A stretch of 64,000 nt of DNA from Octopus vulgaris (GCA_951406725.2 OX597818.1:81840001-81904000); one strand, 5' to 3'; counted from the first letter of the stretch, positions 37,890 through 53,111 are shown. Numbers and translations: made by a program. Notes: generated by a model not told the origin, from the letters alone.

Positions 37890-38150
37890 TGGCTATGTGG
37901 TAAGAAATTTGATTCCCAATCACATGGTTTCAGGTTCAGTCCCATTGCAGAGCACCTTGGAAAAGTGTCTATTTCTATAACCTCGATAGAAATATGTATA
38001 TGCGTGCGTGTGTCTTTATGTGATTGTTACCAACTACTGCAAGGGAAACGCTGTTTCTTTGTTTGCATCCCCGCATCCCCGCAAATTAACTATTCGGCAA
38101 AGAAAGACAGATAATACAAGTACCGGGTTTAAAAAAATGTACGGCTGTTG
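37890..38150 (+). mobile_element. SINE family A, diverged
   Basis: tggctatgtggtaagaaatttgattcccaatcacatggtttcaggttcagtccc. Confidence 0.7.
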
Positions 38151-38192
38151 ATACACCCTGCTACATCTCTTGAACGCTGTGCCTACTCTCTA

Positions 38193-38660
38193 CTAGACGA
38201 ATCTGGACGAGTTTGGACGAACCCAGATGAGGCTAAATGTAACAGAAAGAAATCTAGAGGTCTAAAAGGGATTAGACAGACTTGGACTAGAGTATCAGAG
38301 CCCTGACAAATCTGGAGTGGCCTCTATGGGTTCGGAAAGGGCTTGCTGAGCTTTGACGCGCCTGGTTGAGCTAAAACAATCACAGAGGACTCTGAAAAGA
38401 TAAGGTTAAACCTAGTCGTTCAAACACGCCTAGGGAAGCTGGAACGACACGTAACGTGCCTGGGCAAGGCTGGAGGACCCAAGTCATTCATATAAGTGCC
38501 TGGACAGAGAGCAGTGGTCAGCCGTAGCTGCAACTGAAGGTGCCTGACCCTACCGGAACGAGTCTATATGAATTTGGATGCGTCTGGACCAGTCTGAATG
38601 ACCGTGGGCGAGACTGGGCCTCACTGGTCTAACACAGAGGAGCTTGAAGGCGCGAGGTCT
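38193..38660. repeat. Highly degenerate 10-bp tandem repeat (consensus ~GTCTGGACGA)
   Basis: atctggacga gtttggacga acccagatga ... agtctatatg aatttggatg cgtctggacc agtctgaatg, in 10-nt register. Confidence 0.65.
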
Positions 38661-39428
38661 ACCCAGGTCGAGGGATATATATATATATATGCGCAGATAT
38701 GCATATGTGTGTATGTGTATGTGTATGTATGTCTGTGAGTCTGTGTGTCTGTATGTATGTATGTATGTATGTATGTATGTGTAGTGCGTATGATGTGCCT
38801 ATGTCTGTATGCATGTATGTATGTAGTATATATGTATATATATATCCATTATATGCACATGTAGAAACAAAGCTCACATAATTCATTATATATACCTGAA
38901 CTTATACATACCTTCTCATTTGCTCTTTATATATATTCGCAGCACTTTGACATGTTTTACCGATAAGATGAAGACCAAGCTATAAGTGAGAATATTAATC
39001 CGCATTCATGTATCTATAAGTTCATACACATGTAAATTAATATCACGTAAATATACACACACAAGACACACGCACATACGCACACACACACACACAACAC
39101 ACAACACACAGAGATTATGAGAGTAGGGCTGAATGTTCTGTCGAACGGAAGGGATGGAATTTCGTTCTTGTCATAGCATCACGATACCAATTAGGTTACA
39201 ACAAACCACATTACTTTATATTATATTACATTACAAGATGTCGGATAGCTTACAGGATTGCATATGGTGGCGTATACCTTGTTGATTCGGAAACGAGGCT
39301 TAACCTCGTTTCTGATTCTGTCGTCTGCTGTCAGTTACAGTGAAGACTTGACAGGGTGATTCTAATCCACCGCTCTTCTCACGGTCTCTTGAGAAAAATA
39401 CAGCTAAATAGATATATGGCAGAAATGC

Positions 39429-40572
<1,144 letters not shown>

Positions 40573-41271
40573 AGTGCGTGTGTGTCTGTGTTTTGGATAG
40601 AAGAAAGAGTGATGGCGAGAAGTAATACGAAAGAATATTTACAAAGACAATGGCACATATGCAGAAGAGACGAAGAGTGTACGTGTAATGATAGAGCAAG
40701 AGGGGTAGAGAGAGGGAGAGAGAGGGGGAGAAAGGTTAAAGTAGAGGGGGGAAAATATCTCGTGTAGGGAGAGTGAGAGAAAAACCCAGGAGGTTGGTGA
40801 AATAGCGTTGAGCGAGTTCACATGATACAAAGATGCATTTTGCTTTTTAGACAACCTTCCAGGTTCGATAAATTATAATGGCTTGTATCAGTGTTCATTC
40901 AATCAATTATAGGAATTTGTGACGAGTTATTATATTGATATATAATCAATGTAAGTAACTATGCAATCTTTATAAATTAATTTTGGAGAAGGTATGCTTA
41001 GAATATTGTGGGTTCGTGTAGAAGTAGAGATATTCAATTGCTAATTTATAAGACTGCCTGTTCAACGGTTGAAGCACAGAAACCTAGAAATAGGTTGAGT
41101 GTCTAGTCTACAACTGCAACAATTCCAAAGGGACGTTGGTATAATATCGAGAGGTTCAATCGCTGTAAAAGTAAGAAATAACATTAACATTTTAATGTCG
41201 TGGGTTTAAACAACCAAAACAATCATGATTCAAATGTTATGTGTTTCTTGTATTTCTGAATAGAATATTTA

Positions 41272-41479
41272 CTGTATCTTCCGTCATAGAAGTCGGCGTT
41301 GTATATAGGGTAGTCTTGTAGTGTAAAGTTAAACTTTCAAATATCGTCTTTCCAAATCCTACTACATTTTAGATGTCGTTTTTGTTCTTTCAAAGTCATC
41401 TTGGTATATAAGTCGACCTAACATTTTGGCTGAAAATTTAAGTCTAAAAAATATTCGAGATATGTGCAGGAAAATATGG
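41272..41479. mobile_element. Possible Tc2/pogo-type MITE, degenerate
   Basis: TA-ctgtatcttccg ... ggaaaatatgg-TA resembles CCGTATTTTCC TIRs. A similar end, taccatattttccg, occurs at ~41655. Confidence 0.4.
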
Positions 41480-42119
41480 TAAGGAAGTATAGAAATTTTT
41501 ATCATAAATATAGATAATATATAAAAGGTGCAACGGTAGTGTGTTGTTAAAAAGTCCGCTTCGCAACAACATTGTTCTGGATTCACTTCTGCCTTGCTGT
41601 ACTTTCATTTTCTACTGATTTGATTTCATCCTTGGTTTTTTACGGAAACTTTGTACCATATTTTCCGCTATACAAATCGATGTAGTATGTATAGTAAACA
41701 TTGAAACTTCGTTACTATCTTTCGAAATCCTGACGCAGTTCATAGAAGTTTTGGTCCTCCGAGGTCATATTGGTGGATAAATCCATCGTGTAACTGTCTG
41801 TCTGAAAACTCCGACATATATTCTAGATTGTAGATGATGGACTTGTATCATATCTTACCAGCATAAGGAATCAGATTGATATTTTTATACATAGAGACAG
41901 TTGCCTTAAACTCTCGGTGATTGGATGAAGCTGAGACTATGAAACTATCCTTAATTGGGATTCTCTTCACATCCCGTCGACCTGGTACAAAAAACAGCCA
42001 AATCTATTGCATATAACATCATATAATAATTTATAACTAGGCTTGTAATAAGCCCCACGACTCATAAGGTCGGAACTTAAACCTGTTTCCGTGATGTATG
42101 GGTGACTGAGATTACGATA

Positions 42120-42320
42120 CAGCCCCTCACTCTGAACAGGACCCTTGTCCTTTGCAGGCTTAACTTCTTAGTTATGACTGGAACTGATTTAATATTGAGT
42201 GGACTACAACGACATGAAACAAAGTATTTTGCATGAGAACGCAACACATCTCCCGGTCCGGGAATGGAATCCACGATTTTATGATCGTAAGTGCAACATA
42301 CTAACCGGTAGGTCATGCGC
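42120..42320 (-). mobile_element. SINE family C-like copy, diverged
   Basis: gagtggactacaac..aaagtattttgcatgagaacgcaac..gggaatggaatccacg..ctaacc; parallels 18500-18625. Confidence 0.55.
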
Positions 42321-42640
42321 TTTTACTATCATATTTCATCGTCTTAAAAATGCAAAGAACACACTGGGTATTATAATCATTAATATGCAAAACGAAAAGT
42401 GGTCATTGCGTTAACACATGTGGTATGTCTGGTTAAACTGAGATAACCAGGTGATACTATATAACAAATAGTTCAGTTGTTAAAAGAAGATATTTATTAT
42501 GTATAAAACTTGAGAGTTTTATCACACTGAGAAGAATACGACGTTTTGTTTTCTTGTTAGTAAAGATTAATGTGTTATTTCCTTGTTGAATAATAGTTTA
42601 CTGATGTTTAAGTATAGAGAAAGTAATCAATTGTCTACCG

Positions 42641-42926
42641 CAGTCGTTCACAAAGTGGGTGATATTATCCTCACCCCAGAAGCAGTGGAATGATCCAGAG
42701 GGTGCTGAAGAAAGGTGGGATGACAACGGGGTGGCCAAAAGGAGGCGACGAATGGAAAAACAACAAAATAATAGGTTAATTAGGTTACTGTGAAATACAG
42801 TTGATTTGAATTTACTGCAGAAAATGGTCTATGTTTGTGGGGGTGAATGGCTAAAGCGATGGGCGCTAGAAATGAGGCCCTGAGTGCCAATGGGGTGGCA
42901 TCCCAAAAGACGTTTGAGAACCACTG
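42641..42926. mobile_element. hAT (Charlie-type) MITE
   Basis: TIRs cagtcgttcacaaa / tttgagaaccactg (reverse complement CAGTGGTTCTCAAA). Flanking 8-mers gtctaccg / gtctagtt are a decayed TSD. Confidence 0.7.
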
Positions 42927-43182
42927 GTCTAGTTTCAATTTATGGCTCCTAAGGTCTATAATAGCTGATATAGTAAGCCTTGAAGTCTCAATAACTTCCT
43001 TCCGAGGGCCCGGTCCATGTACTTCCACCAGAACTAACTTCACTAAATGCGCTAAAGACTCAACCCTAGGCTTGGACATGTCGATCTGCATCATCCTACG
43101 ATCAAATGAGGGATTATAGTCCATACAATATTTAAAATTGGTGTATATTTGACAATAATTTCGTAAACAACAGCCCTTAACA

Positions 43183-43486
43183 GGCACTTCGTCAGACAGG
43201 GCTACCAGAGTTTCTGCTGGTCCGGTCAACGGAACAGACTGCTCATGAAACTAAAGTACAAGTGGTTGAGCACCCCGCAGACATGCGTACTTTTAATTTC
43301 GTTCCTCAAGGAGTTTCAGCTTGACACAAAATGTAAGAACGCTGGCCCTTTGAATTACAAGTACAACTCATTTTTGCTAGCTGAGAGGTCTGCAGCAACG
43401 TGAAATAAAGTGTCTTCCTCAAGGACACAACACGACACCGAGAATCGAACTCAAGGTCGTGAGCGGAATACCTTATCGTCAAGCCA
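43183..43486 (-). mobile_element. SINE family C
   Basis: Colinear with 18299-18625 (gctggccctttgaa, ctcatttttgc.agctgag, ctcaaggacacaac). Confidence 0.8.
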
Positions 43487-43489
43487 AGT

Positions 43490-43524
<35 letters not shown>

Positions 43525-44025
43525 CGACAGACAGACAGATAAAAGACAGATAGTCAAAGAGACAGTCTGACAGACAGATAGATAGATGTCTCGAGCACAA
43601 GAATAACCGTATGTATGCTATGGATTAAATGCAGAGCAAATTATGTAGATATATATGTCTGTACAATATGTATGTGTGTGTGTATGCAGGTGTATAACAC
43701 ACACACACACACACACACTCACATACAGACACACATGTATTTACTCGTATTCGTGCATTCGTGGTGAATGTTTCATCTTGCCAGATGTCAGTTATCTCTT
43801 GTAAGCCATCCGTTCGTATAGTAGTGGATTATAGTGACATAGACTTGTACGACACGGAGGTCACTCTCTAAATATCTGTAGTTAAATTCCCTGTGACAGG
43901 CAAGAAATGGGACATCAGAAACGATTTCAACAGTAAGATTTATATCAAAGGGCCTTGTCCTACACTTTTACAGAAGGGTTAGCGATATATAAGTAGTATA
44001 TATGTATCTATTACATATGAATCCG

Positions 44026-44096
<71 letters not shown>

Positions 44097-44110
44097 TTCT
44101 CTCTGTCTCA

Positions 44111-44166
<56 letters not shown>

Positions 44167-44301
44167 TTATCTGTGTGTGTATGTGTATGTATATATATAT
44201 ATATATATGATTTAAATTTATATTTATATATATGCATATATATAAATATATATATATATCATATATATATATACATATACACATATATATCATTATGCAT
44301 T

Positions 44302-44333
<32 letters not shown>

Positions 44334-44373
44334 TGCAAATATATATTGCGTGAACAGGCGTGTGTCTATATAT

Positions 44374-44415
<42 letters not shown>

Positions 44416-45164
44416 GTATATAATGCGTGCGTAGACGTATGTCTGTATGTATTATGTAAGTATACATATATATGTATATATGTATGAATATCCATGTAAG
44501 CACACACATTTATAAAATGTGTATATATATGAGTATATATATGTGTGTATGTACACAGATAAAAATACGCACATACATGCATGCATATATATATACATAC
44601 ATGCGTGCATATATATATTTATACGTATATATATATATGTATATACATCTATATAAATATACACCTACACTCACACACATATATATACACGCACATACAT
44701 GACCACATACACTCACACATACTCACAAATATATATACATGATGTCGATACAAAATGATGGATGAATATCATTAAAAATGTAGTAAGTTGAGATAATATG
44801 AAATCTATTTTCCCTCTTTTACGTGACTCTTTCATCTCTCCGATAAATCCACTGACTTATTGTTTTGTTGTTTAGCTGTTTATTGCTAGACGTATTATCA
44901 GTTATTGTTTTTTTTTTATCTGATATTCTTAGTATTGCTGTCCCGGTGGTTGTTGTATTGCACTTATAGTATTTGTTGCAGCTATAAACATCCGCTTTTG
45001 CAGAAAAATGCAGTATTTACAAATAGTATGAAAGGTTTCTTGGACTCCCTGATTTTCCCTTAGGCAAGAGTTCCATTTTGGAAAAAAGATGTTTTGCTTT
45101 GTTTTTCTTTACAGACGTTTCCTTTTTCTTGTCTCTTACTTGACGTAAAGCTACGGGGTAAAAG

Positions 45165-46260
45165 AGTTAGCGCGTTGGAAAAAATGTTGGCTGTATCAGT
45201 TGTTAAAGACATCCCCAGCACAAATTCTACTGGTTACCTTTATCTTTCATCCGTTCAGTGTCCATAAACTTAGTACCACTCAACAACTGAAATTGGGAGT
45301 TGATGTAATCGACTTCCCAGGTACCACAAAATTGCTGGCCTTGTGCTAAAATTTGAAAGAGTTATTGTTAATAGCTGGCATTAAGGAGGTGTGCTGGTAG
45401 TAGTATCGCGTGCTGGCAGGACCGTTAGCACGCTGGAAATATACTTTTGTACTCTAGGAACAAGGCCCGAAATCTTCGTGGAGGGGGTCAGTCGATTAGA
45501 TAGACCCTAGCACGCAACTGATACTTAATTTATTGACCCCGAAAGGATGAAAGGAAAAGTCGACCACGGCAGAATTTGAACCCAGAACGTAGAGACAGAC
45601 AAAATACCTATTTCTTTACTACCCACAAGGGGATAAACACAGAGGGGACAAACAAGGACAGACAAACGGATTAAGACGATTATATCGACTCCAGTACATA
45701 GCTGGTACTTATTCAATCGACCCCGAAAGGATGAAAGGCAAAGTTGACCTCGGCGGAATTTGAACCCAGAACGTAAAGGCAGATGAAATACATATTTCTT
45801 TACTACCCACAAGGGGCTAAACACAAAGGGGACAAACAAGGACACTCAGCATTTAACCCTACGTGCGAACTCTCTGCCTTAGCACGCTGGAAATATTGCT
45901 TATGCACATGTTTTCTGGGTTTACGTTCCGAGTTCAAATTACACCAATGGTGACTTTAGCTTTTATTCTTTCGAAATCTTTCCTGTTAACTTCCGATGTT
46001 GATATAATCAACACTCCATTTCTATCATAAGTGCTGGCCGAGTACTAAAATTTGAAAATATTATTGTAGCAGGCTGGTAGAATCGTAGGCTCGCCGGGAA
46101 GAAACGGGCTAAGCCGCATTTCCTCTGGCTTTACGTTCGGAGTTGAAATTCCGCTGAGACAGACTTTGCCTTTTATTTATTCGCGTTCGATGAAATAAGC
46201 GCCAGAACTGAGGTCGATGTAATCGATTAGCCACGCCTTCTACCAAAATTTCAGGAATTA
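45165..46260 (+). mobile_element. Cluster of plus-strand SINE family B copies (~45165-45360, 45385-46060 interrupted, 46070-46260)
   Basis: Repeated ttacgttc.gagtt.aaatt, gacttt.gc.tttt and aaattgctggccttgtgc motifs. Confidence 0.7.
45443..45878 (-). mobile_element. SINE family B multimer (184-bp period) with 18-bp TSD, inserted into another B copy
   Basis: ttagcacgctggaaatat at 45425-45442 and 45879-45896. aaatac..atttctttactacccacaag at 45602 and 45786. Confidence 0.9.
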
Positions 46261-47211
46261 TATATAAATTATTAGCGGTGTTCTTGTTCTATATTTCTAA
46301 TTTATCCCCTTGAAATACGTCGATTATATCCTTTGATCAAGAATAAGATACATCTTGTAGACTACGTATATCGTTTAAGTTCAACGCGGATGTTGGTGGC
46401 TTATAAAAATGTTAAATGCTATCGCTCGTGTCCAAGATTAGCAGATATGCTTTAAATTAGAAAGAGTCAATATATACTTTTTGAGATACTCCCTTACTAT
46501 CTTTACAATTCCTAATATTGCTGTTTTCATGCACGTGCTTCTGTCTATCTTCATGGCTTATTAGTTTAACAATGTCTTTTACAAAAATCATTACATATAA
46601 CTGCAGCTGTGCCAACTTCAATTGGAAGGTGGAATATGCATTTTTTATTGCCGTAATAGTTTAGTTCAACAGGCAGATTAGTGTAATTCCTTGGCTTTCT
46701 AGTTCACTTGTACTGAACATTGCAGGTACAGGTACACCATCGATTTTCAGGAACATCTGCTTCTTAAGCCACTCTATTTTTCGAAACCAGGAATGGCAAG
46801 GTTCAATGTAGCAGTCTGGTGCAATGTGCCAGTTTAACTGGCCTGGCAGCCGCGGCCACTTGTGGTTGTAAATTGGTGCAGATTGTAAAAGATTCTAGTC
46901 CTTCAATTTTTAAAAAGTCGGTGTTGTAGGTGTATTTGGTATTGACATATATATAATTCACTATTTTCATTTTTGCAGTACCTCTGTAAAGTTCGTTGTG
47001 TGTTTATACAGTGATATCGTGATATTGTCTAAGATATGTGAACATTTATACGAGTATCACACTCACAGACACAACATATATATATACATATATAGATGCA
47101 TCCGACAATGGATGCATATGCAGGGGTGTTGCTAAGTTTTTAGAGGTTTTTTTTTATCCAAGAACTTGTGGGTGCGGTTTCTTTTTCCAAGCGGTGCAAT
47201 TTCGTTTTCTT

Positions 47212-47310
47212 TTTTACACGTTACCTGACTGCGGTATACTCAGCTGCTTTTCACGATACCTGACACCAGTTTACTCAGCTGTTTTTCACGTTACATTACT
47301 CCGGTCTACA
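47212..47310. repeat. 35-bp minisatellite, ~2.7 diverged copies
   Basis: cacg.tac anchors at 47217, 47252 and 47287; tactcagctg occurs twice. Confidence 0.75.
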
Positions 47311-47749
47311 GAGAGACGAACTGGCGTCCGTTGAGAGACAGTGTAGTGACCTCGGTCACTTACACTCAATCAAACCAGGTAACCATCTAGACGAATCCTG
47401 GGAATCGTGACGCTAATGTCCAAAACAACTAAAATATATCAACATACGTATGCATAAGCATATGTATACAGATATATATTTATGTTTTGCATTTTGAGTG
47501 ACCATGATTAAATCAGACATATAATTTACCAAAGTTAAAACAGAAGAACACCACCCCGTCCTTTTACCCGACTCCCAAGATTATTATAGTCTCTTTGCGT
47601 ATAGATTATTCACAAAGGACGTGGGCTATGTCGAGCTGTCATATAGTTATGTCAACAACAAGCTGTAGAAACGTTTAGTGTTTCGAGAACGTTTGATTTT
47701 TAATAGACATTCTCACTTCTAGATGTGAGAAGCTAGAAAATTGTAAACA

Positions 47750-47832
<83 letters not shown>

Positions 47833-48612
47833 AACACACACATACAAGTGCATACACACACATATATAGGTATATATATGTATGTAAATGTATGTATATC
47901 TGTCTATCACTCTATCTGTCTTTGCATTTATGTATGTATACATGTAAGTATATATATATGCATATTTATATATGTATGTATATATATATACATGTATGCA
48001 TATATATATATATATATAATATACATACATATTTATGTATATATTTATGTGTGTGTATACATATATATATATTTATATGTATATATGTATATATATATAT
48101 GTATATACATAGATGTGTGTATATATATATATAATATATATATATATACACACATCTATGTGTATGTATTGATCTTATGTGACCACTCTCACAATAAAAA
48201 GTCTGTGAAAACACCTATTGAAAAACAGACACATACGTGCGTGTAAACACACACACACACATACACATACACACACACACACATGCGTGTACACATAGAC
48301 GTACACGCACGTATACACGAATATAGTGTTATTTTCTATACTTATTTTCCGATCACATCATCAATAAGTTATGTGCAAATTTCTCTAGGTAAAAGTTGAA
48401 ACGAAAAAACAAGTTGAATAGCACTCGCTTTTTTCTATATTTAAAAAAAAATGTCTTCACACCCTGAAAAATTAAGAACCACTTTCACTAGCACATTTAG
48501 ACTTCAGTTGTTTTTCATCTCGTGTGTGTACCTGTCTGTCTCTCTGTTTCTCAATGCATGCGTGTATGTGTATATATGTATGTATGTTTGTATGTATGTA
48601 CGTATGTATGTA

Positions 48613-48654
<42 letters not shown>

Positions 48655-48674
48655 TATATACATGTATGTAGATG

Positions 48675-48719
<45 letters not shown>

Positions 48720-48776
48720 TACACTCATACATATATATTAATATTATACGCACATATACATATATATATATGTATC

Positions 48777-48828
<52 letters not shown>

Positions 48829-49561
48829 CTATATATATTTATATATATAAACGGATGTATGTATGTTTGTATGTTCGTATATATAAACAAACACATATGC
48901 GCTTATGTACATATACTTAAACATATATACACATAAGTATATACAAGTGCATTCACTAGACACACTAATATATTTGTATTTTAACATGTTCATGCAATAC
49001 TAAATTCACGTATGTTTTTATACATATACACGCATTAAGATACAGACATACACACAGCAATGGCTTTCTCTATTTTTCTCTCCCTAAGTAATATGAAAAG
49101 TACTTCCTCAAAGAATTTAAAGCAACATAAGACAACAACAACGGCAACAAACAAACAACAGTAGTAGCAACAAATACACTATATCAAATCAGAGTCCTCC
49201 AACAAGAACCTCACGTGATTGTATTGCTCCCCACTCCCCAAAAGTCATCCTCTCTCATATTCTGGCAATAGTTGTTTACTATTTAACTTTGTAACTCATT
49301 TCCCTCCATTAGCGATTCTCTTTTAGACTATTGGTATTTCTGTTTAGTCAGGAAGCGATCATACTGGAGCCTTATATATATATATAAAACCTAAGTTCTT
49401 GAAGAGTCTTCTACAATGACGTAATGTGTTCCGAAGCAGAGTACCGCAATATCCACTTGCTTTCCCACACTCAAACACAAACTCATTTTTGCACATATAC
49501 ACACACAGCATAAATGTATGTATGCATGCATGCATGTATGCGGACATATATGTATGTGTAA

Positions 49562-49592
<31 letters not shown>

Positions 49593-49959
49593 GTGTGTGT
49601 GTGTGTGTGATAGATAGATATATTGATAGACTGATAGGAAGGGTGGTAGTGAGGGTAATAGGTATCTAGGTCGCTTGATAGATAAATAAAGTCATACACA
49701 TAACACATGCAAACTCAAACGGCAAATAAGAGACAAAGATATAACTGCTGGAGTTAAACGAGTGGATGTAAGTGAATTAAATACCGTACAAATATAAAGG
49801 AGAAAACAACAATCAAAGAAGTGTACAATGAATATTTAATAGTCTAAAGGAAGACACAGAAGACAGTCCAATATTCGGGTACAACCTTTAATCAAAGAGA
49901 AGGCACTGTTGCATTCGTTTGAAACTGAGGAATTGGATTCTCTCCGCAGACACAATGAG

Positions 49960-50872
49960 TTGTGATTAACAATATGTGCATTTCTGATCATGAGCAGAAA
50001 TAGGGGAAACATCATAGCCATGTGTTGAGAGGTATTTTGCAATAACAAAATTTGAAAGAAATATTGGCCATATTTTATACGTTTCATCTAGCAAATAGGA
50101 ATTATTTCATACTTTCCATCTAGCAATAGGAATTGTTTCAAGTATGAGAACGCACACGATGTAATGTGATGAATATTTCAAAAATAGATAATTTGCAGTA
50201 AATCTGGATGACGAGCTTTAGGTATATTCATACAAAAAGCGAAATCAATTGATCCTGGAATATTTATTCCTTACTTCTGTAGCTGATACAAGGTAAGCCT
50301 ATTTCTGTTATATTCGTTGCATTCGCCGTATGTATTTTAATAGTGAGAAATATGTGGTTTTGGAGCGATAGCTCTATTTATAGATAGTTAAGTGGTATCT
50401 TGATGTGCGACTAAATTTGTTTATATATACCGGAGAAAGCACATAAATGTGAAACAAGGTGGAAGAAAGCGTATTCAAATACCAGAGGTAGAGTAATATG
50501 CTTTATTTAAAAACAGCAGAAATATACCAAAAGCTGTGTGTGTGTGTATTTGTATGCATCTTTGTACATATACAAATTTATGTGTGTGAATATGTATGTA
50601 CGTTTCAATGAATATTCGTGTGTCATAATTTATAAAGAAAGGGAGTCATGTTTATAGCTATTACACTGTGTAACACGATCTTATTGTCCCTCGGTAGCAA
50701 CTGTTATTTCGTATTTGCTAGACAGAAAGTATGAAAAACGCTCAATATTTCCTTCAAACTTTGCGTTTGTTTTATTTATTCAAACCCCCAAAGAATACCT
50801 CTCAACACATGGCAATGATGCTTCCCCTACTACTCCTGCTCGTGATCAAAGATACACATATAGTTAATCACA
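49960..50872. repeat. Inverted pair (~150-bp arms) containing part of family D
   Basis: 49960-50105 versus 50703-50872: ccatgtgttgagaggtatt/aatacctctcaacacatgg, tctagcaaata/tatttgctaga, tgtgattaac/gttaatcaca. Confidence 0.75.
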
Positions 50873-51159
50873 AAGAGACATGGTCAAGTGCTTAAGATCA
50901 AGCAACTAACAAGCAAATCTGTGCTTTTGAGGAGAATATTTGCAATAACGATATTTCTGCTTCAGCAACTCAGCATTGGATATGCCTGCAATGTAATGGA
51001 AAATAGGTCAGTTTCAAAACATTGTTGCCCAAGCCACAAAAGCAAAAGTGGAAGAGAATAGTAATCATTTTCTTGGATTTCTAAATAGAAACATATGGCA
51101 AAATAGACTTACTAAACGAAGATAAAAGAAATGATAAATAAAAAAAAAATTGCTACACA

Positions 51160-51323
51160 GGCGTAGGAGTGGCTGTGCGGTAAGTAGCTTGCTTACCCGC
51201 CACATGGCTCCGGATTCAGTCCCACTACGTGGCAACTTGGGCCTTTAGTCTTCTACTATAGCCTCGGATTGACAAAAGCCTTGTGAGTGGATTTCGTAGA
51301 CGGAAACTGGAAGAAGCCCGTCG

Positions 51324-51366
<43 letters not shown>

Positions 51367-51620
51367 GTGTGTGTGTGTGTGTGTGTTTGTGTGTATATGC
51401 TTGTGTGTCTGTTTGTCCTGTTCCCTCAGCATCGCATGATAACCGATGTTGGTGTGTCTACGTCACCGTAATTTAGTGGTTCGGCAGAATAAACTGATAG
51501 ACTAAATACTAGGCTTACAAAGAATAAGCTCTGGGGTCGATTTGCTCGACTATAAAAGCGGTGCTCCAGGATGGCCGCAGTCAACTGACTGAAACAAGTA
51601 AAAGAGTAAAAGGGAAAAGA
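51160..51620 (+). mobile_element. SINE family A, best-preserved copy
   Basis: tRNA-like head (tggctgtgcggtaag, ggattcagtccc), internal (TA)n(TG)n, and tail gcggtgctccaggatggccgcagtc..gaaacaagtaaaagagtaaaag. Confidence 0.9.
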
Positions 51621-52174
51621 GTAGTATTATAGTTCTTGAATGATCTTTTAAATCATTGGGCCTAAGACTCCATCTGGCAGAGCCGATCTCAACTGGATTT
51701 GAACTGAAAAAACGTAAACTAAATTAACATTATTTAACACAAACCGCTTTGTACAATGCTCTACCACTCCTACTCTACAACTTTCTATTTCAAACCGATA
51801 AACAAATATTGATAGGTGATATTGATAGTTGATGATTAGATTCATTAACTATTGATAGCTTAATCTTCACATGGTTTGTGAGTGTTCAAGTGCTTCTCAA
51901 AATAACAGCCAATCTCTCTTACTAGATCTACAAGATAAAGCAAGCCATATTTCTCTAAACACATATTTGTAATTCACACTCTACGTATCAACACACAACG
52001 ATCAACATGTCTGTGCAAGTCCCAGCAGCCTTGTATTGTTTATAATTTACGTTTCGCTGTATATATTGCAGTTCGTGCTTAGCTGTAATTAAAGCCTAAA
52101 CTGTGTGGCAACCTTGCATTATGGTGCTTTGTATAGCTAATCTATATACACACAACGCTCATATGATCACAGTT

Positions 52175-52320
52175 CTCTTTCTTTCATGATTTCTTTCTTC
52201 CTTCCTGTCTTTCATTCTTCCTTTCTGTCTTTCTTTCTTTCTTTCTTTCTTCCTTTCTTTCTTTCCTTCTTCCTTCCTTTCTTTCTCTCTTTCTTTCTTT
52301 CTTTCTTTCTTCCTTTCTCG

Positions 52321-52389
<69 letters not shown>

Positions 52390-52518
52390 CGTGTATGTGA
52401 GTTTCAATATCTATATATGTGCGCGTGCGCGTGCGTGTATATATCTATCTATATACGCATACATATATACATATATATGTTTATACATACAAATATACAT
52501 ATATATGTTTATGTGTCA

Positions 52519-52584
<66 letters not shown>

Positions 52585-52926
52585 GGATATATGTATATAT
52601 ATATATATATATATGTATGTATATGTATATATATCTGTATCTTCACATGCGTCTATCCGTATACTTGTAATGTATATGTATAGCATAATCAATCAACCTA
52701 CCTCTCCTTCGATCCAACAGTCCATCCATGCGTCAATCCATCAAACGCACTATCATTCATTTCTCTCCACCTCTCTCTTCTGTCTCTCCTCTCTCTATGT
52801 ATTTACAAATTTATCAATGCATATATATATATATATATATGTATATGTATATCTATATCTATATATATATGCATATATATACATATGCATACATATATAT
52901 ATATACATATATTGATATAAATATAA

Positions 52927-52992
<66 letters not shown>

Positions 52993-53041
52993 GAATCAAT
53001 CTGTGATATATTTATATATGCATATATATATATATGTGTGT

Positions 53042-53110
<69 letters not shown>
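52175..53110. repeat. (TTTC)n, (TCTA)n, (TA)n and (CA)n microsatellite block
   Basis: Directly visible. Confidence 0.95.

Positions 53111-53111
<1 letters not shown>

Noticed and set aside
42780-43229. 149-aa minus-strand ORF
   Set aside because: It starts in SINE C and ends in the hAT MITE, and has no recognisable motif.
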